From Planctomycetota bacterium (GTDB lineage: Bacteria > Planctomycetota > GCA-002687715 > DRQF01), in contig JAZGFI010000194.1 in NCBI GenBank assembly GCA_036479435.1, positions 1 to 18,251 of the forward strand: a stretch of DNA of 18,251 bases. Direction: 5' to 3'. Position 1 is the stretch's first letter. Every line of letters starts with the position of its first letter. Below are positions 1 through 7,556 of this stretch, piece after piece. The notes under the pieces were generated by a model, which ran no database searches, was not told the DNA's origin, and was given only the letters and a program-made list of their open reading frames with translations. The position numbers were made by a program, and so were the translations under genes.

Positions 1-87
1 CGGAACCCAAATCGGTGGTCCGGAAGAACAAGGGCTTGGAATCGCGTCGATGTGGTCAGACTGAACCCGAGACCAGGTGTGGCGTAA
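1..87 (+). CDS. C-terminal end of an IS3-family transposase (partial, runs off the window's left edge)
   Basis: Not in the ORF track. Frame 1 reads RNPNRWSGRTRAWNRVDVVRLNPRPGVA* (TAA 85-87). This resembles the P-x-RWSG-x-TR-x-W...V-x-LNP C-terminus I recognise from a subgroup of IS3-family transposases (recall, no search run). Confidence 0.7.
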   Translation, partial: RNPNRWSGRTRAWNRVDVVRLNPRPGVA

Positions 88-125
88 CTAATTTGAAATT
101 GGGACAACTATCTTGACATCCATCG
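1..125 (+). mobile_element. Right end of an IS3-family insertion sequence, with putative terminal repeat GACAACTATCTTGACATCCATCG (103-125)
   Basis: It follows the transposase stop. IS256 similarity on the minus strand ends abruptly at 125/126 (...SLQNRG|RWMSR*). The partner end is outside the window. Confidence 0.6.
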
Positions 126-803
126 CCCACGATTCTGCAAGCTTTCGAAGAAGTCTCGCCAGTGAGTCTCTGCCTCAGAGAGCGCAACACTCACTCCAAG
201 GATGGACCTCTTGCCGTTCTCCATGACGCCGATCGCAATCAAGACCGCGACGTCGATAACGCTTCCACAGTGGCGTACCTTGACGTACTTGGCATCTACG
301 GTGAGGTAGCGGGTTTTTCCGATCGCTCTGTTGCGCCAGATTTCCAGCTCTTCATCCAAAAGAGCCGCAGCTCGTGAAACCTGCGTGGAGGTGATGCTCA
401 AACCGCAAAGTTTCTCGGTAATGGCGGCGACCTTGCGAGTGGAGACTCCTTGGACGTAGGCCTCAGCGACAGCCAGCTTCAAGGCTCGCTCGCCACGCGA
501 CCCTCGGGTCAAAGCCTTGGGATAGAATCGGTCGTCACCCTCATCCAGCCCTCTGACCTGTGGGACCTTGAGCTCGACTTTGCCAGCACGCGTGTCAATA
601 CTCTTGGGTTTGTAGCCGTTGGCAAAACCGTGCCTGGATTCGCTTCGCTGGTAAGGCCCAGCGCCGATGAAAGCGGAGCGCTCGTGCTTCATGGCCTCAT
701 TCATGAGGATCTCCATGCACTTGGCCATGCCGTCGAAACCATTTTCGGTGAGTAGTTCCAAAACGCCGTCCATCACCGTAGGATCATTTTCGGGTCGAGT
801 CAT
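108..803 (-). pseudogene. IS256-family (Mutator-type) transposase, N-terminal part, interrupted at about 126
   Basis: Motifs NGYKPKSIDTRAG, L-x-VP-x-R, FYP, EAYVQGVSTRKV, first catalytic Asp in LTVDAKYVKVR, and GKRSILG...SEAETHWRDFFESLQNRG. The expected continuation carrying the rest of the DDE triad is replaced by RWMSR*. Confidence 0.92.
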
Positions 804-1018
804 TTTCGTGTTCCTTGAAGTAGAAGTGCTTACAAGAGACAGGAAATGGCTCGCTCTTTCAACTCAAACTTCTCGCCATGCCCGAAACGGGCATGGCGCT
901 GGGGGCCTGCCGAAACCGGCAAACGCAGGCTGCGCCCAAGCGATGGCTTCGCCATCACTCGGGGCCCCGCAGCTGAGAAGAGAGGCCGAAGTGGAAAGTA
1001 CAGAAGAGAAGTTACGCC
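126..1018 (-). mobile_element. IS256-family element, left portion; putative left terminal repeat at about 995-1018
   Basis: Minus-strand GGCGTAACTTCTCTTCTGTACTTT lies exactly where the CRTAC1-like reading frame resumes (about 1019). It resembles IS256-family ends. The boundary is uncertain by a few bases. Confidence 0.65.
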
Positions 1019-1351
1019 ACCACCAACAACGGCGAAGCACCTCTGCTGCTTCGCAATGACCATAAGTCGGGAAACCACTGGCTTGGTCTTGAGCTTGTCG
1101 CCAAGGGGAAAAACCGCGACGGGTTCGGAGCTAGTTTGGAACTCAAGATCGGTGATCGGGTTCGCAAATATCGGCACGAGCAGCGAGGTAGCTTTCAGAG
1201 CGCTCACGACAGACGACTCATTTTCGGTCTTGGCAAGGTGATGAAGGTTGACTCGCTCGTCATCGTTTGGCCAAACGGCGAAAGACATGACCTGGGAAGT
1301 TTGGCGGTCGATCGCTATCACCGAGTTGTTCAAGGCCAAGAACCTGGCTAG
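1019..1351 (+). pseudogene. 3' fragment of a CRTAC1-family (FG-GAP + ASPIC/UnbV) protein gene, split by the IS256 insertion
   Basis: Extending ORF 1136-1351 upstream in frame gives TTNNGEAPLLLRNDHKSGNHWLGLELVAKGKNRDGFGASLELKIG...RGSFQSAHDRRLIFGLGKVMKVDSLVIVWPNGE...DRYHRVVQG. This is the end of an FG-GAP repeat plus an ASPIC/UnbV domain. There is no native start. Confidence 0.88.
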
Positions 1352-2913
1352 GACCCCCGCTTGTCCTTGAATTCGACTTCGCTCTGAGTTGGTTTCTTCG
1401 CTGCCTCGATAACCTGATAGTTGCCGGTAGCGATGGCTTGCAGTTCTATCTTTCCGCCTGGCGCTGCTTGTTTCATTGCCGTGCGCGCGCGTTCGAAAAA
1501 CCAGATTTCTTCCGGCCCCCAAGTAAAGCTGGACCTGATCACGATGCGTTGCGATTCGACCTGAATGGCTTGAGGTGCCACCCGGCCACTTGGTGATTGC
1601 AGCCACTTAATGTAGTTGACGGTCAAGGTGTCTTGATCCTTGCTGTCGACCAATTTGGTCTCCACCGGACGGAGGTCTTTATCGAAGCGGATTCTAATGT
1701 CACTCCCAAGCCAGGTTTCGCGTCCGTACCACACCCCCATCACGGCGTTTCCGATGCCAATGACGCCCTTAGGAGGTCTTGACTCTAAGTTCTTGCAAAG
1801 CAAGGTCAGGGAATTCGGCTTGCGCTCGATGGTGATCGTGTACCGGTATGGGCGACGTAGGACATCGAAAATCGGCAGATCAAAGCTGATGCCTCGACAA
1901 AACTCAGCCCACGGAAGCCGGCCTTGCGGTCCCAGAGTGAGCGACCTTTCTTTCTTCGAGCGTAAGTTCTGAATGCTGAGTATTGCGCGGAGGTTTTTTA
2001 GTGTTGCCGTCATTGGCATCGGCGAACACCAAATTTGATTGTGTTTTGAGATCTCCGTGAGCAGAGATTTCAGTTCTCCGATTGGCAAATGACTAAGGCC
2101 CAATGTGCGGTCATGAGTGGAGTCGTGGTCAAGAATGAAGTCCAGCATGCGAAACAAGCGTTCTCCGCTCGCGGACTCCAGCGACTTCCGAGACAGCGAT
2201 TCGAATCGCTCTCGGTAGTGTTTTTTCAAAAGGAAGGAACTGACGCGCGCCAAAGTCGCGTCTTGCGACTGGAATCCCTCGCATAAGTAAGGGAAGGCCT
2301 CCTTGAGCGGACGATTTCCACAGTAGTACAGAGCATTGATGTAGTGACGAGGTCTTGGTGCCTTCGGTGACTCATTGGGCGCAGGAGTCTTGAGGTGACT
2401 GAGGCGCGCCAACATGAACTCGTCGGTCTTGTCGCTGCCCAAATCGAAGACCGCCTTCGTGGCCTCGGCCGCGGTTTTCGCATCGAGGTGGTCCAGCAGG
2501 GGATAGAGGCGTTTGGCTAAAGACTTGTCTTTGGTTCTAGCCAGCAGCTTGATGGCGATGATTGCCTCTTGCCGCGCCTTGCCCAAACACGCGATCAACA
2601 ACGGTTCCTTGATTCGAAGAGACCAATCTTGAAGGATGGTGAATGCTGGTCGTGACAGTTGCTTCTCATTGGACGCCGCCAGCCGAAGCAGAGGAGCCAC
2701 GTAGGTTTCGATGCCGAAATGGACGCCTTTTACTTGCTGCAATGCTCGCGAGACGGTCTCGGTTTTCGCGGAGGCGAGTCCCTTCAGGATCTGCTCATCT
2801 TGGGCGGTCGTGCAGTTCAAAAACCCAAAGAAGAATAAGGACGCTAGGGCTATCCGGGCATGGGATTGGAGGGAGCATCGAAGCGATCGTTGTTTGGCGT
2901 GGGCTGATCTCAT
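1348..2913 (-). CDS. Hypothetical exported protein with N-terminal HEAT/ARM-like helical repeats and a beta-rich C-terminal domain
   Basis: Long open frame. A signal-peptide-like stretch (RIALASLFFFGFLNCTTAQD) is followed by HEAT-like units (LYPLLDHLDAKTAAEATKAVFDLG; LCEGFQSQDATLARVSSFLL). I moved the start from 3111 to ATG 2913 because the longer version runs through a terminator; the start is still uncertain. The stop overlaps the convergent gene's stop (CTAG 1348-1351). Confidence 0.65.
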   Translation of the reverse strand: MRSAHAKQRSLRCSLQSHARIALASLFFFGFLNCTTAQDEQILKGLASAKTETVSRALQQVKGVHFGIETYVAPLLRLAASNEKQLSRPAFTILQDWSLRIKEPLLIACLGKARQEAIIAIKLLARTKDKSLAKRLYPLLDHLDAKTAAEATKAVFDLGSDKTDEFMLARLSHLKTPAPNESPKAPRPRHYINALYYCGNRPLKEAFPYLCEGFQSQDATLARVSSFLLKKHYRERFESLSRKSLESASGERLFRMLDFILDHDSTHDRTLGLSHLPIGELKSLLTEISKHNQIWCSPMPMTATLKNLRAILSIQNLRSKKERSLTLGPQGRLPWAEFCRGISFDLPIFDVLRRPYRYTITIERKPNSLTLLCKNLESRPPKGVIGIGNAVMGVWYGRETWLGSDIRIRFDKDLRPVETKLVDSKDQDTLTVNYIKWLQSPSGRVAPQAIQVESQRIVIRSSFTWGPEEIWFFERARTAMKQAAPGGKIELQAIATGNYQVIEAAKKPTQSEVEFKDKRGS

Positions 2914-3070
2914 GGGTTGATTCTGACATCTAAATGCGATGGAAAGGAGGAGTTCACGGAGACTTGTTCTTAATGCAACATTCCTTGGTGGGGTCCTATT
3001 AATTGCCCCAAGCGCGCTGTAGGACCCAGCTACGAGGCTTTTGGCCAGTAGTTGGTCAACGGCAGCCATG

Positions 3071-3102
3071 AAAAAGGGCCCCCGGCAAAAGCCGCGGGCC
3101 CT
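3071..3102 (-). terminator. Rho-independent terminator of the P-domain protein gene
   Basis: Minus strand AGGGCCCGCGGC-TTTT-GCCGGGGGCCCT followed by a T run, about 30 nt after the stop at 3133. Confidence 0.85.
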
Positions 3103-3132
3103 CAAAAACATGCAAAGTTCAGATGACTTCGA

Positions 3133-5214
3133 CTAGTTGGCGTTGATACCCCAAGCGTTCAGGGTGCCATCGTCGCCACCTGCGTTATCGATGATGTCGA
3201 GGGTCCAGGCGCCAGCCGTGGTCTCTCCGTCGAACTCACTGAAGTCTCCGGCACCGAGCGGCGCGAAGTCTCCGGTGTCCGGGTTTGCGCCCGGCAAGGT
3301 CCAGGGGAGGGTGAGGTCGGTGCCACCACCGGTTCCGGCCCATAGGCTGACGGTGGTCAGCGCGGGGCTGGTCAGGAGCATGTCCAAGTCACCGGCGAAG
3401 GTGTGAACAACGTCGAGGTCGACCGTCAAGCTGCCGATGGTCGTGTCTCCGACAACAGTCAGCACATCGGCAACAGGCGTTCCCGTGGTGATGAAGGCGG
3501 CAGGCGCTTGAGATGCGGAAACCGGAGCAAAGCTCACCGTCGCATCCACACACCACATGTTGAGGGTGCCATCGTCGCCACCTGCGTTATCGATGATGTC
3601 GAGCGTCCAGGAGCCGTTCGGGTTTTCTCCGTCGAACTCGCTGAAGTCTCCGGCGCCGAGCGGCGCGAAGTCTCCCGTGTCCGGGTTTACGCCTGGCAAG
3701 GTCCAGGGGAGGGTGAGGTCGGTGCCACCACCGGATCCGGCCCAAAGGCTGACAGTGGTACCAGCGGGGCTGGTCAAGAGCATATCCAAGTCACCGGCAA
3801 AGGTGTGAACGACGTCGAGGTCGACCGTAACGGAGCCGGCGTCAATCGTGGCGCCTGCGCCTTCGTTGACCATGAGTCCGCTCGCAACGGGCGAACCGGT
3901 CGTGATGAAAGCAGCGGGGCTTACGCACTGGGGGAAGGGGAGAATCAGAACCGGGTCGATGTAGAGCCAAGTTCCAACCATGGTGCCGTCGAACTCAATG
4001 TCGACGAGGCCAGCCGCGGCGCTAGCAGGGACGACGGCCGAAAGGGTCGTCGCGGTCGCAACAACACCCGTAGCGGCAACGCCACCCACGGTCACCGAGG
4101 AGATACTCGCGAGGTTGCACCCAGTGAAGTTGACGGTTTCACCACCGGCGATATTGCCAGTGTTGATGTCTTGGCTGTCGACGCCAAAGGGCTCGATCGA
4201 GATGACGATTTCCGCGCGGCCGATTGAGCCTGCGCCAAAGCCATCGATAGCGACAATGATCGAATCGCCAGCGTCAAGGCAAACGCTGAGTCTCGAAGTG
4301 AGATTGCCCGAACCAGGAGCGCAATCGCCATCATGGTCGTCGTTGAGAATACTCGAGGTGACGCAATCCGTTTCGATGGTGTAGATCGCGGAATCGTAGT
4401 CACTGGCGCAGAGGTCGAAGGTGTAGATGCCATCGGCGACCGCGTCGAAGCGGAAGAAAGCTTCCGGAGCTTCTTGGCGAGTTCCAGCGCCAGCGGCTTC
4501 CAAGGTCCAGCCAGTCTGCGTGCCGAAGCCAGCAGTGCCAGAGGTTTCGGCAGTGTTCGTGAAGAGGCCGTTGTTGACGTGGAACACGGTGCCCGCATCG
4601 GCGTCCGTGAGGCCAGCCGTGTTGGTGACCGCATCCGCGCAGGTGTCAGACAAGAGGCAGGAAGTGTCGACTTCGTGCTTCACGGTGTTGGAAACTTCGA
4701 TGAGACCGAAGATTCCGGTGGGGCTGGCGACGAAAGCCTGGAGGTAGATACCCCAATCGTCAGCGACGATTCCGTTGGTGTTGAAGGTTCCGCCGTCATC
4801 CCACTCGGTGCCGGTTTGGGCGGGGATGATGAAGGTGGCGGTGAAAGGCGCACCCGCGGCGGCGGGGAGCGACGCACCCATCTGGGTGATGCCGTTCAAA
4901 AGCACGAAACGGTTGATACCGGTTCCGAGGCCAGCGGCGACACCCAGGTCTTCGAGGATGTCGAAGCTGATGGGGGCCACATCGCCGAGAAGCATGAGGC
5001 CCGCGCCGCTGAAGGCGCCAAGGGGCGAAGTCATGCTGACGGCGAGCGTGTCGCCTTCACAAATGTACTTGTCAGCGTCCGTAGAAAGGGCGCCATTGTG
5101 GGCGGTGTCGAGCACGAAGTCGGCACCGGTGCCTTCACCTTGCTGGGCCATACCCGGAACCGCCAAGAGGGCGATCGCGAGGGCGCAGCAGAGGAATTTA
5201 CTCATCTCTCTCAT
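3133..5214 (-). CDS. Secreted acidic Ala/Gly/Thr-rich protein with a PPC-like domain, an IPT/TIG domain and two proprotein-convertase P-domains
   Basis: GGAG RBS before ATG 5214 and a signal peptide (MREMSKFLCCALAIALLAVPGMAQ). PPC-like segment YTFDLCASDYDSAIY...NDD...IIVAIDGF. IPT-like segment GNIAGGETVNFTG...VTVGG...LSAVVPA. Two P-domains VDLDVVHTFAGDLDMLLTSP...FDGE...G-x-WTLDIIDNAGGDDGTLN-x-W. Confidence 0.85.
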   Translation of the reverse strand: MREMSKFLCCALAIALLAVPGMAQQGEGTGADFVLDTAHNGALSTDADKYICEGDTLAVSMTSPLGAFSGAGLMLLGDVAPISFDILEDLGVAAGLGTGINRFVLLNGITQMGASLPAAAGAPFTATFIIPAQTGTEWDDGGTFNTNGIVADDWGIYLQAFVASPTGIFGLIEVSNTVKHEVDTSCLLSDTCADAVTNTAGLTDADAGTVFHVNNGLFTNTAETSGTAGFGTQTGWTLEAAGAGTRQEAPEAFFRFDAVADGIYTFDLCASDYDSAIYTIETDCVTSSILNDDHDGDCAPGSGNLTSRLSVCLDAGDSIIVAIDGFGAGSIGRAEIVISIEPFGVDSQDINTGNIAGGETVNFTGCNLASISSVTVGGVAATGVVATATTLSAVVPASAAAGLVDIEFDGTMVGTWLYIDPVLILPFPQCVSPAAFITTGSPVASGLMVNEGAGATIDAGSVTVDLDVVHTFAGDLDMLLTSPAGTTVSLWAGSGGGTDLTLPWTLPGVNPDTGDFAPLGAGDFSEFDGENPNGSWTLDIIDNAGGDDGTLNMWCVDATVSFAPVSASQAPAAFITTGTPVADVLTVVGDTTIGSLTVDLDVVHTFAGDLDMLLTSPALTTVSLWAGTGGGTDLTLPWTLPGANPDTGDFAPLGAGDFSEFDGETTAGAWTLDIIDNAGGDDGTLNAWGINAN
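3161..3828. repeat. Intragenic direct repeat, about 266 bp x2 (3161-3426 and 3563-3828), encoding the two P-domains
   Basis: The copies align without gaps at a 402-bp offset. Both begin AGGGTGCCATCGTCGCCACCTGCGTTATCGATGATGTCGAG. Confidence 0.95.
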
Positions 5215-5249
5215 GTGATAATTCTCCAGTTTCTTAGGGGGCTCATCTG

Positions 5250-5583
5250 GTGATGCCGTCAAAAAGACGACACCTTGAGTTCCTGTGACAGCGGAAAAAC
5301 GTGCTGACGCCTTCCCTTTACTTAGGGCTTGCGCCCAACGAGGCTGCGCTGGGAAGACCTCATCCTTGGATTTGCTTCGCCCAAGAGCGAACGCAAACCT
5401 GTCGATGACATCACCGCAGCCGCGATGTGAGCCGCAACACGCTGTCACGACTTCCGAGTAGGTCCGAGTTGCCCCGGACCTGCTTGATTGCTTTTGTTTT
5501 TGTTTCGGCGGGCCCTATTCGGGGCCAGTGCAACAACTGATTCGTCCCGCACCCTGGCAAAGGCCGAACTCGGGGCGAAACAA
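5250..5583 (-). ncRNA. Candidate structured RNA or long 5' leader of unknown class
   Basis: Nested inverted repeats (5285-5293/5440-5448; 5342-5348/5415-5421; a terminal stem at about 5370-5399), two GCAA-capped hairpins and several G-U pairs that form only on the minus strand. No family recognised. Confidence 0.5.
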
Positions 5584-5869
5584 TTTTAAAAAGAACAGGA
5601 ATTATCGTCGAAACAAACCCGGGTTAGCCCACCACCGCGTCAATCGATCCATCATGCGACGAAATGGGGGGTGAGGCCCGGCCATGCTTGGCCACAGAAC
5701 GCCACTAACCGGCGGATTCTGGCGGAACACGGGCCGCGAGTCTATCACGGGAGTGCATATACATCCAAGCAAAAATGATCCTCTCCAAGCTCTGTAAGGA
5801 GCTGAAGTTGCGACGTTACGCTATTGAGAATAGCGGCTTCTTAACACACCTGCTGGCTATTCGGCGCCG

Positions 5870-7027
5870 CTACCGGCGTAGAAACACGGTCTTGTTCGCT
5901 GCGGGGCAGCGAGCTGGATCCGGGATGGCGTTCAGGATCGACTCGGCCAGGGTTTGGACCTCTTCTAGGCCGATTTGCGTCATGCAAACCGGCCTAGGGC
6001 AGCTTCGGTACCGACAGGGGCTGCAGGCCACGGCGGCATAGATGGCGTATTCCGGGTGTTGGTAGGGGAATAAGGGGCCCGGGTCGTAAGGCCCGAACAT
6101 TGCGAGCGTCGGCGCCTTAAGCGTAGCCGCCAGGTGAATCGGCCCCGTCTCGCTTCCCAAGACCAGGTCGGCGCGCATGAATAAGTACGCGGTCTCCGCG
6201 AGTGACCAAGGTTTGCTGGGCGCCAAGGTGGCGTTTGGTGCTGCGTCCGCAATTTGCGCCAACAAAGACTCTTCGCCCGGGCCTCCCGAAAGGACGACCC
6301 TTGTTTTCTGCTTTTGTTGCAAGCGCCTTGCGAGTTCGGCGTAGCGTTCCACAGGCCAGCGCTTGGTCTTGAGCCATTCACTCGTCCCCGGAATCATCAC
6401 GACCAAGGGCTCATCAGCGCTTAGGTGCTTCTCCAACCAATCGTCGACGGTGACGCCGTCATTTTTGGTGCAGGGCGGCGTAATCGCTGACCACTCAGCT
6501 TTGATCCCAGCCTGCTTTAGCAAGGCGAGGTCGCGGTCAATGCGGTGCTGGCCTTTGGGCTGCGGCGCCAGGCGTGCGTGGGTAAAAATCCAGTTTGGTT
6601 CGCGGCAGTCTTGGCGGGCAAACCCGAACCTGCGGCGCGCTCGCGATGCCCAGGCGACTAAGCCGCTCTTGATGTTGCCCTGCAGATCAAAGGCGAGGTC
6701 AAAGCGCAGCGATCTAAGCTTCATTCGGAATTGCCAGATCGCGCGGGCGGCGGCCAAAAGACCCTCCTCGCGACGGAGCCGTCGCCATTCCTTGCGCGGC
6801 AGGGTGATGACTTGATCGAGGAGGGGGTGGTTTTCGAGCAGGGCGGCGGCCCGGTCTTCAACCACCCATGCGATGAAATCGTCAGGGCGGGTTCGTCTCA
6901 GGGCTTCGAGGGCCGGAAGTGAGAACACGATGTCGCCAATGGAGCTCAGCTTGACGATGAGGACGCGCCTTCGTCCCTCGGGATCGTGAACTTGGCGTTC
7001 AGCGCTGAGGATAGGCTGAGGACGCAT
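5870..7027 (-). CDS. Glycosyltransferase family 9 (LPS heptosyltransferase, WaaC/WaaF-like)
   Basis: VLIVKLSSIGDIV, FDLAFDLQGNIKS, KRWPVERYAELA, ETGPIHLAA, FGP, and C-terminal CSPC...C...CM. Confidence 0.93.
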   Translation of the reverse strand: MRPQPILSAERQVHDPEGRRRVLIVKLSSIGDIVFSLPALEALRRTRPDDFIAWVVEDRAAALLENHPLLDQVITLPRKEWRRLRREEGLLAAARAIWQFRMKLRSLRFDLAFDLQGNIKSGLVAWASRARRRFGFARQDCREPNWIFTHARLAPQPKGQHRIDRDLALLKQAGIKAEWSAITPPCTKNDGVTVDDWLEKHLSADEPLVVMIPGTSEWLKTKRWPVERYAELARRLQQKQKTRVVLSGGPGEESLLAQIADAAPNATLAPSKPWSLAETAYLFMRADLVLGSETGPIHLAATLKAPTLAMFGPYDPGPLFPYQHPEYAIYAAVACSPCRYRSCPRPVCMTQIGLEEVQTLAESILNAIPDPARCPAANKTVFLRR

Positions 7028-7500
7028 TAGGCCTCGCGCTCATCTCCGTCATCAGAATTCGGCTCGGTTTCATCGGGCTCGTTGTCGGGGTTGGCATCTT
7101 CATTGACCGGTTCTGCATCACGATCTGAATCGCGATCTGAATCACGATCTGAATCGCGATCTGGCCCAAGTTCGCGGCGCAAGGTCTCCGCGATGCGGAT
7201 GCTGCCTTCAATTGACTCGTCAAACTCAAAAGTCAATTGGGGCGAGCGTTTGGTGCGGAGAATCCTTGCCACCTCTCGCTGAATGTAGCCACGGCTGGCA
7301 GCTAAGAGTCGGGCGGCATTCGCACGGTCTCCGTCACTGCCGAGTACCGAGTACTTCACGACACATTGAGACAGGTCTTTTGCGAGGTTGACGGTGGTGA
7401 TCGTTAGCAGGCCCAAACGCGGATCTGCAATCTCCCGCTGCAAGACGGTGGCCACTCTGAACTTGATGACTTGCTCGAGGCGAGGGATTTTGTGGCCCAT
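7027..7500 (-). CDS. rbfA: 30S ribosome-binding factor A with acidic C-terminal extension
   Basis: IADPRLGLLTITTVNLAKDLS, GYIQREVARILRTKRSPQLTFEFDESIE, and its position downstream of infB. Start reassigned to ATG 7500 (MGHKIPRLEQ). Confidence 0.95.
   Translation of the reverse strand: MGHKIPRLEQVIKFRVATVLQREIADPRLGLLTITTVNLAKDLSQCVVKYSVLGSDGDRANAARLLAASRGYIQREVARILRTKRSPQLTFEFDESIEGSIRIAETLRRELGPDRDSDRDSDRDSDRDAEPVNEDANPDNEPDETEPNSDDGDEREA
7117..7163. repeat. 12-bp tandem repeat x4 (ATC[A/G]CGATCTGA) encoding DRDS repeats in the RbfA tail
   Basis: ATCACGATCTGA ATCGCGATCTGA ATCACGATCTGA ATCGCGATCTG read directly; the units alternate. Confidence 0.95.
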
Positions 7501-7556
7501 GAGTCGGATTCCCGAAGTGAGTTGCTTGCCGCGACCTAAGACCGGGCTCGCAACGA

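Noticed and set aside
79..1020. 11-bp inverted match GTGGCGTAACT (79-89) / AGTTACGCCAC (1010-1020) as the two ends of a deleted IS256
   Set aside because: The match does not extend inward, no flanking target duplication is visible, and the left copy lies in the IS3-like coding end. Probably chance, though not excluded.
830..1606. 258-aa minus-strand ORF, plus ORFs 667-1059 and 846-1241
   Set aside because: They cross the IS boundary and overlap the ASPIC/UnbV fragment or other genes, with no recognisable motifs.
2914..3111. N-terminal extension of the 587-aa ORF
   Set aside because: It runs through the upstream gene's terminator and would bury the signal-like segment.
3161..3828. P-domain repeats as a diversity-generating retroelement TR/VR pair
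   Set aside because: Both copies are in frame in one gene, the differences are not confined to adenines, and no RT gene is adjacent.
5215..5448. N-terminal 78 aa of the 771-aa ORF
   Set aside because: RBS and signal peptide both point to ATG 5214; the region is better explained as a structured leader.
5500..5590. c-di-GMP-I riboswitch suggested by GGCAAA
   Set aside because: The paired GACGCAAA-type motif and second stem are missing.
5215..5869. Sigma-54 (-24/-12) promoter as a target of the local regulator
   Set aside because: No convincing TGGCAC-N5-TTGC found by eye here or in the other intergenic regions.
7117..7163. Tandem repeat as a CRISPR array
   Set aside because: Units are 12 bp with no spacers, are coding, and no cas genes are present.
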